From: an uncultured Microthrixaceae bacterium
Lineage (GTDB): Bacteria; Actinomycetota; Acidimicrobiia; Acidimicrobiales; VFJN01
Length of the DNA: 64,000 bases
Direction: 5' to 3'
Assembly: GCA_963721695.1 (NCBI GenBank)
Contig: CAVRKU010000030.1
Span: 192,762-256,761 of the forward strand
Part shown: in pieces, positions 49,901 through 59,981 of the stretch
Layout: each line of letters opens with the position of its first letter
Position numbering within the stretch: position 1 is the first letter of the stretch
Position numbers and translations under genes: made by a program
The notes under the pieces: generated by a model
What the model was told of the DNA's origin: nothing
The model's database searches: none
What the model saw: the letters and a program-made list of their open reading frames with translations, nothing else

Positions 49901-50701
49901 TCAGCGCCCGCGGAACTCCGGCGTGCGCTTCTCGATGATCGCCTGCACCGCCTCCTGCCCGTCCTCGCTGGCGAGGCCGGCGAGCGCGTTGCGGATCTCA
50001 TCGGTCACGCGGGCGTCGACGTCGGTGACCAGGGGCGTTCTGGCGACCAGGCGCTTCGTCCGCCGCACTCCCAGGGGGGCCTGAGCGGCGATCGCCTCGC
50101 AGAGCTCCAGCAGCCGTGCCTGGAGCTGATCGGACGGGACGACCTCCGACACGAACCCCCGTCGGAAGGCCTCTTCGGCATCCACGAATCGGGACTCCAG
50201 CAGGAAGCGCATCGCCGTCTCGTGACCGACCAGCGTCGGAAGGGACCACGTCAGGCCGCCGTCGGGCGACGTGCCTGCGCGCAGGTACCCCGGGTGCAGG
50301 CGGGCGGTGTCGGCCGCGAGTCGGATGTCGGCGGCCATCGCCAACGAGAGGCCCGCACCCACGGCCACCCCGTTGATCCCGGCGACGACGGGCTTGTCGG
50401 TGTCGAACCGCAGCGCCACGAGGAACCGGCCGACCCATCCCTTCTCGTCGAGCGCCTGTGCCTGGTCGGACAGCCCCGTCTCGACCGGCGTGTCGTCACC
50501 GCCCCCCAGGTCGAGGCCGGAGCAGAACGCGTCGCCGTTGCCGGTCAGCGCCACCACCCGGATGTTGTCGTCCGCATCGGCCTCGCCGATCGCACGCACG
50601 ATGCTCCAGCCGAGTGAGGAGGTGAGGGCGTTCTTCCGTTCGGGACGGTCGAGCTTCAGGATCCTCACGTGCCCGACTGTTTCGGCGATGAGCTGTGGCA
50701 T
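49901..50701 (-). CDS. enoyl-CoA hydratase/isomerase (crotonase) family protein
   Basis: The sequence reads LDRPERKNAL...VVALTGNGDAFCSGLDL...VVAGINGVAVGAGLSLAMAAD. Confidence 0.9.
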   Translation of the reverse strand: MPQLIAETVGHVRILKLDRPERKNALTSSLGWSIVRAIGEADADDNIRVVALTGNGDAFCSGLDLGGGDDTPVETGLSDQAQALDEKGWVGRFLVALRFDTDKPVVAGINGVAVGAGLSLAMAADIRLAADTARLHPGYLRAGTSPDGGLTWSLPTLVGHETAMRFLLESRFVDAEEAFRRGFVSEVVPSDQLQARLLELCEAIAAQAPLGVRRTKRLVARTPLVTDVDARVTDEIRNALAGLASEDGQEAVQAIIEKRTPEFRGR

Positions 50702-50767
50702 CTCCAGAGGCTGCCACGCCTGGCTGCGCTCCGCCGTCGGAGTACGGCGTAGCGAGCGAGTGCCGCT

Positions 50768-52000
50768 CTAGTCCGCCGGGGCGACGGCGGCGGCGGTCGC
50801 GACACCCACCGTCGCGTGCGTGCCGAGGCGCAAGGTGTGCTCGACCAGGCCCACGGTGATCGCGACGCCCATCAACGGCGTGGCGATCTGTTCGAGCGCC
50901 GTCGATTCGGCCAGGAGGCTGACGAAGAACCCGACCAGGCCGAGGTTCATCCCCCAGAACACGAAGTCGTCGATCCGTGGCCAGCGCACGTCGGTGAGGG
51001 TGGCCAGGGCGAGCATGGCGAAGATGGCGTTGGTGAGGACACCGATGAACATCATGTGATCGAGCGCCAGGAGCTGGTGCTCCGCGACGAGGTCGAAGTC
51101 GCCTTCGTTCGCGGCCGCGAGGTAGTTGATGAAGACGATGTTGCCCACGATGGCCATCCCCGCGGCCGCCGCGTAGCGGCCGGGTCCTCGCGTCGTCCAG
51201 CTCACTCGACGGACATCGGGGGCCAGCCGGATGACGAAGATGACGACGCCGACCAGCTCGATGAGCGCAGCCAGGGGAGGCAACGGGTCGACGTCCGCCA
51301 GCAACCCGATCATGAGGAGCACACCACCGAGGAAGGGGAGGCCGATCTGGGCCCGTCCGAGACGCCCGGCGGGGCGCACCGCGTCGCCGTTGAGGCCCCA
51401 CTCCACGAGCGCCATCCCCACCGGGATGAGGAAGCCGACGACCATCGTGGCGGGGTGAGCGTCCTCGCCTCCGCTTGGCACGACGTCGCGGCCGGTGGCC
51501 ACCTCGGTGGCGAGGAGCACGCCGAGCACGCCGCCGACGACGGACGTCGCAACGGCGGCGAGGAAGCCGAGGTGCACGGTGGTGAGCTCGAGGTGCCGGG
51601 CCCGTGCGACGGTCCACGTGAAGAAGCCGACGATCGTGGCCAGCGCGCAGGTGCCGAGGATCGCCCGCGGGTCGTCGTAGGTGAACGCGAACGTGAACGC
51701 GAACAGGGGAAGGGTCACCATCGCAGCTCGGGCCAGCCAGCGGGCCGTCCGGATCTGGCCGGGTGTCGCCGTCTCGCCGAAGAGCCACAACGTCGCGGCG
51801 AAGACGCTGGTGGTGATCCAGCCGAGCGTCCCGGCATGGACGTGGGAGAGCAGGACCTTGCGGCTGAAGTCGACGAGGTCGGTGCCGTTGAGGATGCCGA
51901 TGGCCACCGTCCACACGAACACGACCATGGCCAGCTGGAGGAGGAGCACGACCTCCCGGCGAAGCGGGTGGGCGGCGTCGCTCGTCGTCATCTCGGTCAT
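50768..52000 (-). CDS. polytopic integral membrane protein (about 12 predicted TM segments) with conserved-looking His motifs; function unknown
   Basis: The 410-aa protein is very hydrophobic. Motifs are LLSHVHAGTLGW, EDAHPATMVVGF and LALDHMMFIGVL. Confidence 0.65.
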   Translation of the reverse strand: MTEMTTSDAAHPLRREVVLLLQLAMVVFVWTVAIGILNGTDLVDFSRKVLLSHVHAGTLGWITTSVFAATLWLFGETATPGQIRTARWLARAAMVTLPLFAFTFAFTYDDPRAILGTCALATIVGFFTWTVARARHLELTTVHLGFLAAVATSVVGGVLGVLLATEVATGRDVVPSGGEDAHPATMVVGFLIPVGMALVEWGLNGDAVRPAGRLGRAQIGLPFLGGVLLMIGLLADVDPLPPLAALIELVGVVIFVIRLAPDVRRVSWTTRGPGRYAAAAGMAIVGNIVFINYLAAANEGDFDLVAEHQLLALDHMMFIGVLTNAIFAMLALATLTDVRWPRIDDFVFWGMNLGLVGFFVSLLAESTALEQIATPLMGVAITVGLVEHTLRLGTHATVGVATAAAVAPAD

Positions 52001-52058
52001 CGGTTCCCCCCGGTCCCAGCGAACGGGGCGACGATACGCGCCCCAAGCCGAGCGCGCT

Positions 52059-55000
52059 CTATGTGCCCCCGTCCAGGACGAAGCGGGCGTCGCGTTCGAC
52101 GTAGCCGTACCCGCGTTCGGTCGCGATCGGTAGGGCCAGGCCGGCGAGCAGTCGCGCTCGCCTTGCGTCGTCGTGCTGGTTGCGATGAGCGAGTAGGTGC
52201 GCGAACGCGACCTGCGTCCACGCCACGAAGAACGGTGCCTCCATCGCTTCGTGGAGCGCGAGCGCCTGCTCGAACCACGCCTCGGCCTCGTCGTGCCGTT
52301 CGAGGCAGTGGCTCAGAAGACCGAGGTAGTGCGCAATCCCGCCGTGGACCGAGATGTGGGTGGTTGCGAACTGGTCATGCCAAGGCAAGAGACGGCGATA
52401 CAAGAGTGATGCTGCCGGTCGATGGCTCGTGCGGGCGGCGGCCTCGGCCCAGAGGGCCTGGGCCGCGAGCCACACCGAGTCAGGGAACATCGGGAAGTCC
52501 GCCGCGAGCTCGGCGTCGAGGAGCGGAGCCGCCCGCTCGGGGGAGTCGCCGAGGCTTGTGACGAAGGCAGCCGTCACCCGAAAGATGTCGAGCCCAGGGC
52601 CCATCGGCGGTGGCTGGCTCAGCGATCGCGACCGTCCGTTGAGGCGACCTTGCATGTAGCGGAGGCTCATGAGCTGGAAGCGATAGATCGTGAGGGCATC
52701 GTCGGGCTGTCCGGCCGCGGTGCCGAGGGCCAGTCCCTCTGTTGCGGCCTGTTGCGCGGCGTCGAGGTCACCCTCGAGCGCTTGTTGCCACGCGCCGTGG
52801 TAAGCGATCTGCCACCGGTTCCACGGCTGTCCGATCCGCTCGGAGACCGAGTCGAAGATCGAGCGCGCCTCGTTCATCGTGGCTACATCGCCTGCTTCCA
52901 ACGCCGCGTACATCCGGTAGTCGTTCGCATGGAGGACGGCAGTCGGGTCGCCGACACCGTCCGCGAGCGGCGCATGCCTCGGCGATCCAGCGACGGCGCC
53001 GCTCGAGCGTCTGCGGCATGGTGATCGACTCGTGGCTGTGTCGGATCGCGTCGACGAACGCGGCATCGTCGTGCAGACGCCGAGCGATGTCCACAGCCTC
53101 CGTCGCCATGGCCAGACGTTCGTCGAACCCGCACTCCCAGGTGACCTCCACGCACAGGAGCGCGAGCAATCGGGCCCGGTCGGCGCGGTCCGTGTCACCG
53201 AGTCGGACGAGGGCGCGCCTGAGCATGAGGACCCGGTCGTGATCGACCCCGCCCACGATGCTGTTCCACCCTCGGTTGTTCCGCAGGGCGGCGCCGACGA
53301 GGACATCGATCGCGCCGATCTCGTCGGCGAGCTGTCCTGCCGCGAACAACGTCTCGCGGTGCGCGGGGTCGCCGATCTGGCGCTGCGCATCCCCGAACCC
53401 GAGCAGGAGCGCTGCTCGACGCGTCGGGTCGTCGGTGCGCGGACCGGTCCAGCAGCTCGAGCGCATCGCGGTACCACCGCAGCGCGTCGTCAGGGGCGAG
53501 CTTCGCGAGCGCTCGATCGCCCGCCCGCTGTGCGTAGGTGACCGCCTGGCTCACGTCCGGTGGCTGGCTGGCGTGCCCCCAGTGGTAGGCGAGCTCCCCG
53601 ATCCGATCGCCAGGATCGTCGCCACAGATCGCTTCCAGGGCCTCGGCGATCGCCCGGTGGGCGCGCCCCCGCCGAGCGTGCCGAGAGACGGTCGTAGAGC
53701 GCGTGCTCGATGAGCGTGTGCCTGAACACGTAGCGCCCCGCCATCTCCCCTTCGGCGAGCAGTGAGGCGAGGACGGCTTGATCGCACAGGTCGCCCAGGT
53801 CGTCCTCGTCGATGCCTGCGACCACGGCGAGGAGGCTGGCGTCGAACTCCCGACCGATGACGGCGGCCAGCGACAGCACACCTTCAGTTGGCGCACCCAG
53901 GCGAGCGACCCGTTGGCGGATCACGTCGCGGATGCTGACCGGCAGGTCGAGTCAGCGTCAGCTCAGCGCTTGTGACTCCATCGACCGTGCTGGTCCTGAC
54001 GGATCGTCTGTGTCTCGGCCAGGTGCCGCAGCAGCTCGCCGACGAAGAAGGGATTGCCATCGGTCTCGGCCGACAGCGTGTCCGAAGGGCAAGACCGTTC
54101 TCGTGCAGAGGTTTGACCGGAAGACGGTTTCGAGCAGGGTGACGAGCTCCTCATCGCTGAGGCCGCGCAGCGTGAGTCGCTCGATCCCCGGTTCCCGGTG
54201 CATCGCCGCGAGCTCTGCCAGCAAGAGGGTGGTCGGGCTCGACGTCGGATTCCCGGAACGTTCCGATCACGAGCAGGCGGAGCGATGCGTCCGTAGACGA
54301 TGACGTGACGTAGGAGCTGGAGCGTCGGGGGATCGGCCCAATGCAGATCGTCGAGCACGAGGACGAGGGGCGTAAGTACCGAGACCCGCTCCAACAGGTC
54401 CACAACTGCGCCGAACAGCAGGTAGCGGTCCGCCTCGGTGTCGACGGACGGACTGCGGTCGGCGGTGACTCGGTGAGCGAGACTGGGGACGAGTCGCGCC
54501 AGCTCACTGCCTCGTGCGCCGACGTGCGCGGCGATCACCTCTTGGGGCGCGTGGCCAACGACGTGGGCGAGGGCATCGACCCAGGGCTGATAGGGGATCC
54601 CCAGGTCTTCATCGCAGCGTCCGTACAGCACGGCGGCACCTTCGGTCGCCGCCGCGGGCGAAGGCCCCGGCCAGGGACGTCTTGCCGATCCCAGGCTCGC
54701 CGAGACAGCAGCACGACACGCCGCTGCCCGGACGCGGCGGCCCTCAGCGACCGCTGGAGGCCGTGGAGCTCAGGCTCTCTCCCGACGAACAACGCCGACG
54801 GTGCCTCCCGCATGCGGCGGGGGAGCGGGATCGTGAGCTCGCCAAGGAGCTCGTCGCCTTCGGCGGCCCGAGGGGCCTCGGGTGAATCCAGGATCGGGTC
54901 GTTGGCGAGCACGGCAGCCTCGAGCCGGCGCAGCTCCCGGCCTGGCTCCATGCCCAGCTCCCCGACGAGCATCTCGCGTGCTCGCTGAAAGGCGCGCACC

Positions 55001-55637
55001 GAGTCGGCCTGCCGGCCCGAGCGGTACAGCGCGAGCATCAGGGATGCCCACAGCCGCTCGCGATACGGGTGCTGGGTGAGCAACGACTCGAGCTCGCCGA
55101 CGGCCGCACCGTGCTGCCCGAGCATCAGGCCAGCGTCGATCCTGTCCTCGACCGTCGAGAGCCGCAGGTCGTCGAGTCGATGCGCCTCGGCACTCGCCCA
55201 ACCCCCTGCGCGACAGTCGACGAGGGCATCGCCCCGCCAGAGCCCCAGGGCGTCGTTGAGCTCAGCCATCGCCAGCGCGGCATCGCCCGCCGACGAGCGC
55301 TTCTCTGCCCGCAGCAGCATGGAGTCTCGAACCTCGCGACATCGGTGCCACCAGGGGGGCTGGACAGCACGTAGCCGGGAGCTCGCGTGGCCAGGACCTC
55401 CGCCAGCCCGGCCGCATCGAGGGCCTTCCGCACCCTCGCCACGTAGCCCTGCATCGTCTTCACGGCCGTCGCGGGCGGATCGTCACCCCACAGCGCATCC
55501 ACCAGCGCGTCGCGTGACACCACCTCGTCGGCGCGCAGGGCGAGGAGGGCCAGCACCAGACGTTCCTTCGCGCCACCGATTCGGACCTGCCCGTTTGGCC
55601 CCGTGACGTCCAGCGGGCCCAGGAGGCTGACCTTCAC
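52059..55637 (-). pseudogene. AfsR/SARP-type large regulator (wHTH - BTAD - P-loop NTPase - TPR), about 11 frame breaks
   Basis: The N-terminal part reads MKVSLLGPLDVTG...VSRDALVDALWGDD. The BTAD part reads LGLWRGDAL...HPYRERLWASLMLALYRSGRQADSVRAF. The P-loop is GEPGIGKTSL, followed by LVLDDLHWAD and TDGNPFFVGELL. The TPR-like C-terminus ends at 52059. The segments are spread over all three frames. Confidence 0.75.
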
Positions 55638-55743
55638 GCGCGCAGCCTAGGTGGGGCCCGCGACCGCCACACCACCGCCGCACCACCGCGCCCGTGCACG
55701 CTCACACCGCACGGCTCGCGCCAGATCCGAGAGGGATGTGACC

Positions 55744-57247
55744 ATGTCTGACTCGTACAACATGTCGAGGCGAACGATGCTCGCGGGGGGCGTCGGCATG
55801 GCGGCGCTACCTCGCCGGCTGCCGGTCGGGTCCGGAGCTCCGACGTCGGAGCGTGCGGCGACGGAAGGAACGCTGCCGCCGCCGACGGTGCCCAGTCGCC
55901 GCCCGTCGCCGAACCCGTACCTGTCCAACAACTACGCGCCCGTCGACACCGAGGTCAGCCGGCTCCGCCTCCCGATCGAGGGGAGCATCCCTTGGCGAGC
56001 TCGAGGGCACGCTGCTGCGCAACGGTCCGAACCCGATCGCACCCGATCCCGCGACCTACCACTGGTTCGTTGGTGACGGGATGGTGCACGCGATCGATCT
56101 ACGCGATGGCGAGGCCAGCTACCGGAACCGCTGGGTTCGCACCGACGACGCAACGGAGCTGCTCCATGAGGAGCCGGATCCCCGCGAGCTCAGCCCGCCG
56201 ATCAGTCGGCGTTGCCCGAACCGCGCGAACACGAGCATCGTCTCGCACGCGGGCAGGATCCTGGCGCTGAACGAGGTGGCGCTGCCCACCGAGATCGATG
56301 TGAAGGCGAAGACGCTCGGCCGCTACGACTTCGCTGGCGCGTTGCGTACGTCCGATGACCGCCCATCCCAAGATCGACCCGGTGACCGGCGAGATGCTGT
56401 TCTTCGGGTACGACATCTTCGGACCGCCATTCGTGCGCTTCCACATCGTGGACCGCGGCGGCCACCTCGTCCTCTCGAAGGACATCGCGATCCCTGGCCG
56501 ATCGATGATGCACGACTTTGCGATCACCGAGCGCCACGTCGTGTTCCTTGACCTGCCGGTCGTCTACGACCTCAGCCCTGAGCGGCACGCGGCCGCTGCT
56601 CGCCCTTTGGACACCCGAGTACGGCGCTCGCATCGGGGTCATGCCCCGAGACGGAAGCGTGGACCCACGGTGGTTCGAGGTGGAGCCGTGCTACATCTTC
56701 CACACCGTCAACGCCTACGACGACGGCGACACGGTGGTGTTGGACGTCGGTGCGGCACGAGGAGATGTTCTCGGATGATCTCTACGGCGTCGCCGACGGC
56801 ACCGGAACGCTCGACCGGTGGACGATCGATCTGGGAGCCGGGCGGGTCCGGGAGGAGCGGATCGACGATCGCACCCAGGAGTTCCCCCGCGTAGACCCGC
56901 GAATCGTCGGCCGCCGTCATCGGTATGCGTATACGACCGAGGCGCACCTGGACGACTTCACGGCACCACTGGGAACCCTGATGCAGCACGACCTGAGGTC
57001 CGGCACCGTCACGGCGGCCAAGCTCGGGGCGGGCAGACAGGCCGGTGAGGGAGTCTTCGTGCCCAGCAGCTCGACGGCCGCCGAGGACGAGGGATGGGTG
57101 CTCGCGGTCGTGTACAACGCGGTGGAGGACAGCAGCGATCTGGTGATCTTGGACACCACGAGCTTCGGCGGCGACCCGGTTGCGACGATCCGGCTTCCCC
57201 AGCGCGTTCCGTTCGGGTTCCACGGCATCTGGGTGCCGCGCCGGTAG
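55744..57247 (+). pseudogene. carotenoid/stilbene cleavage oxygenase (RPE65/CCD family) with a Tat-type signal, four frame breaks
   Basis: The N-terminus is MSDSYNMSRRTMLAGGVGMAAL. CCD motifs are NPYLSNNYAPV, GTLLRNGPNP, HWFVGDGMVHAI, TAHPKIDPVTGEM, MMHDFAITERHVVF, CYIFHTVNAYD and VPFGFHGIW. The frames run 1,2,0,1,2, so all four breaks are +1, near 55990, 56350, 56590 and 56760. Confidence 0.8.
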
Positions 57248-57267
57248 GGCTCCACCCCGCCGGACGC

Positions 57268-57304
57268 GGCACGGCCCCCGGGGTGTGAACCGGGGGTCCG
57301 TGCC
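57268..57304. terminator. strong GC hairpin (GGCACGGCCCCCGG ggtgtgaa CCGGGGGTCCGTGCC) between convergent genes; candidate bidirectional terminator
   Basis: I read the inverted repeat directly. It starts 21 nt after the oxygenase stop. A second 7-bp hairpin lies at 57392-57416, nearer the PAP2 gene end. Confidence 0.55.
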
Positions 57305-57425
57305 AGACGACTCTGACCGACAGGAAGCCAGCAATCGCCCGGGTGCTCCCGGAGCCGTGCGGGGCCACGAGAGTCCTCCCGGCCATCATCGCGCGAGCGG
57401 GCGCACGGTGCTCGCGAGGACAGGG

Positions 57426-58286
57426 CTAGGACGCGGCGGCCATCTGCTTCGAGCGAGATGCGAACCGGGCGGGGGCGCGGTTCGCCACCACCACCCCGAT
57501 GACGACCAGCACCCCCGCGGCCGCCGCGTCGAGCCAGTAGTGGTTGGCCGTGGCGGTGATGGCGAGCAGGGTGATGACGGGATGGGCGACGAACAACCAT
57601 CGCCACCACCGGCGCCCCATCTGGACCGCGCCGTAGGCGACGAGCACCGCCCAGCCGAAGTGCATCGATGGCATCGCGGCGTACTGGTTGGCGACGCTCG
57701 AGACGTCGGCTCGGTCGTAGATGGAAGGTCCGTAGAGGGCGATCGTGTCCACGAACCCGGGCATCATGCGCGGCGGGGCGAGGGGGTAGACCACGTGCAT
57801 CGCGAGCCCGAGGCCCGTGACGACGACGAACAGGTATCGGACGTGGCGATAGACGTCGGGTGTGCGGAGGTAGGCAAAGACCAGGAACGCGATGGTGACC
57901 GGGAAGTGCGCGCGTGCGTAGAAGTTGTTGAGGACGGTGGTCATCCAGGGGTGCTCGAGCACGAGCCGCTGCACGTCGGCCTCGATGGCGAGCCCGAGCT
58001 GCCGCTCCAGGTTGAGGATGGCCGTGGCGTGGTCGAACGCCACGGCGACCTGATCGCGGCTCAGATAGCGGCCGAGCCGGTAGAGCAGCAAGAGCCCGGC
58101 GACCAGGCTGGCCTCCACCGCGAGCTCCCGGCCGTGACGACCTCGCCACCACCGGGACATCCACGCCGCCGTTGCGGACGGCGGCCGAGGGACGGCCACG
58201 CCTTCGGCGCGGTCACCGTGCGGCACGGTGACCGTGTCCTCCCCGGTCGGAGCCGATCGCCTCTCGAACGTTCTGATCTCCCACAA
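57426..58286 (-). CDS. PAP2-superfamily membrane protein (inositolphosphorylceramide-synthase-like PAP2_C type)
   Basis: The protein is multi-TM. The sequence reads YPLAPPRM...ANQYAAMPSMHFGWA...HPVITLLAITATANHYWLD. Confidence 0.7.
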   Translation of the reverse strand: MWEIRTFERRSAPTGEDTVTVPHGDRAEGVAVPRPPSATAAWMSRWWRGRHGRELAVEASLVAGLLLLYRLGRYLSRDQVAVAFDHATAILNLERQLGLAIEADVQRLVLEHPWMTTVLNNFYARAHFPVTIAFLVFAYLRTPDVYRHVRYLFVVVTGLGLAMHVVYPLAPPRMMPGFVDTIALYGPSIYDRADVSSVANQYAAMPSMHFGWAVLVAYGAVQMGRRWWRWLFVAHPVITLLAITATANHYWLDAAAAGVLVVIGVVVANRAPARFASRSKQMAAAS

Positions 58287-58356
58287 CTACCACCGATGCC
58301 ATCGTCGAAACCCGCGCGAATCGATCGGCGCCGATCGAACGCTCGGCGCATGCGCG

Positions 58357-59922
58357 CTAGTGCTTGGCTTGGTCACGTAGGACGCGACGCAGGATCTTGC
58401 CCGACGGGGACTTCGGGATCTCATCGACGAACGTGAGCTTGCGGATCTGCTTGTAGCTCGCGACCTGGTCCGCGACGAAGCGTTGGATGTCGGCGGCAGT
58501 GGTGTCCTGCCCCGCCTTGCGCACGACGTACGCGGCCGGGATCTCCCCGGCCTCGTCATCGGGGAGGCCGATCACGGCGGCATCCGCGATCTGGGGATGG
58601 GTGAGCAGCAGAGCCTCGAGCTCGGCGGGGGGCACCTGGAAGCCCTTGTACTTGATGAGCTCCTTCAGGCGGTCGACCACGAACAGGTGCCCGTCGGCGT
58701 CCAGGTGGCCGATGTCACCGGTGTGCAGCCACCCGTCGGCGTCGATCGTGCTCTTCGTCGCGGCCTCGTTGTTCAGGTATCCCTTCATGACCTGTGGCCC
58801 CCGGATCCAGACCTCGCCGTCCTGATCGAGGCCGAGCGAGGCCTGCGTCGCGGGGTCGACGATGTTGACCTCTGTGTTCGGCACCGTGACCCCGGCCGAA
58901 CCGGGCTTGAACTGGCCCGGCGGCGTGGCGTGGCTCACCGGAGACAGCTCGGTCATGCCGTATCCCTGCACCACCTCGCAGCCGAGCCGTTGGCCGCACT
59001 CGATCGCGAGCTCGGCGGACAGCGGGGCGGCGCCCGAGAGGATCCACTCCAACGCGGAGAGATCGAACTGGTCGACCAGGGGATGCTTCGCCAGTGCGAC
59101 GACCATCGGGGGCGCCACGAACGCCCTCGTGAGGCTGTGCTCCTGATGCAGCCGTAGGAACTGCTCGAGATCGAAGCGTGGCATCGTGACGATCGTGGCG
59201 CCGGCCCGCAGGCCCAGGTTCATGAGCACCTGCATGCCGTAGATGTGGAAGAACGGCAGCACCGCCACGAAGGCCGCCTCCTCGTTCAACGGGATGGCGG
59301 CGAGCGACTGCTCGATGTTCGCGACGAGGTTGCGGTGCGTGAGCATCACGCCCTTGGACAGCCCGGTCGTGCCCGAGGAGTAGGGGAGCACGACGACGTC
59401 GTCGAGGTCGACGGGGACCTGGTCCGCGAGCGGCGGGCCCTCAACCGACGAGATCGACGTGTAGCCGTCGGCATCGCCGATGACGAACACCTCCGTCACG
59501 GGCGAGTCTGCGATCGCCGCGGTGACCGTCTCGAGGAACATCGGGACGGTGATGAGGCGTGTCGCGCCGGAGTCGACGAGCTGGTGGTGGACCTCGCCCG
59601 GCGTGTACGTGGGGTTGACCGTGGTGAGCACACCGCCCGCCAGGGCGACGGCGTGGAAGATGACCCCGTACTCGGGACAGTTGGGCGCCATCACGGCGAT
59701 GACCTCGCCCTTCGCGAGCCCACGCTCGAGCCAGCCCGCGGCCTGACCGCGGATGGCGGCTTGGAGCTCGCCGTAGGTCATCGTCCGCCCGGTGGCCCCG
59801 TCGATGAACGCGGGCCTGGCGGACCGCTGGTCGGCGTGCTCCAGGACGTACGGCGCCAGAGGCAACGTAGGCAGGCTGACCGACGGCAGTGGACTGGCGA
59901 ACGACAACGTCCCACCCCTCAC
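58357..59922 (-). CDS. AMP-dependent acyl/aryl-CoA ligase (4-coumarate-CoA ligase-like / FadD-like)
   Basis: Motifs are LPYSSGTTGLSKGVMLTHRN, QGYGMTE, GWLHTGDIG and SPSGKILRR. An alternative TTG start lies at 59907. Confidence 0.9.
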   Translation of the reverse strand: MRGGTLSFASPLPSVSLPTLPLAPYVLEHADQRSARPAFIDGATGRTMTYGELQAAIRGQAAGWLERGLAKGEVIAVMAPNCPEYGVIFHAVALAGGVLTTVNPTYTPGEVHHQLVDSGATRLITVPMFLETVTAAIADSPVTEVFVIGDADGYTSISSVEGPPLADQVPVDLDDVVVLPYSSGTTGLSKGVMLTHRNLVANIEQSLAAIPLNEEAAFVAVLPFFHIYGMQVLMNLGLRAGATIVTMPRFDLEQFLRLHQEHSLTRAFVAPPMVVALAKHPLVDQFDLSALEWILSGAAPLSAELAIECGQRLGCEVVQGYGMTELSPVSHATPPGQFKPGSAGVTVPNTEVNIVDPATQASLGLDQDGEVWIRGPQVMKGYLNNEAATKSTIDADGWLHTGDIGHLDADGHLFVVDRLKELIKYKGFQVPPAELEALLLTHPQIADAAVIGLPDDEAGEIPAAYVVRKAGQDTTAADIQRFVADQVASYKQIRKLTFVDEIPKSPSGKILRRVLRDQAKH

Positions 59923-59981
59923 GATGCTGGCAACCGGACCGGGCGAGTCTGGCCTCTTTCGGCTGCCCGCGCACGCGGCGC

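Noticed and set aside
50816-52561. A 581-aa plus-strand ORF and the 50496-52046 minus-strand alternative frame over the membrane-protein gene
   Set aside because: The translations are charged, low-complexity sequences. The 50768-52000 frame gives a coherent multi-TM protein.
29767-58286. A functional link between the ceramidase-like hydrolase (29767-30882) and the IPC-synthase-like PAP2 protein (57426-58286), as a sphingolipid pathway
   Set aside because: The genes are 27 kb apart and in different transcription units. Neither family assignment is firm enough, and no serine palmitoyltransferase-like gene is visible in the window.
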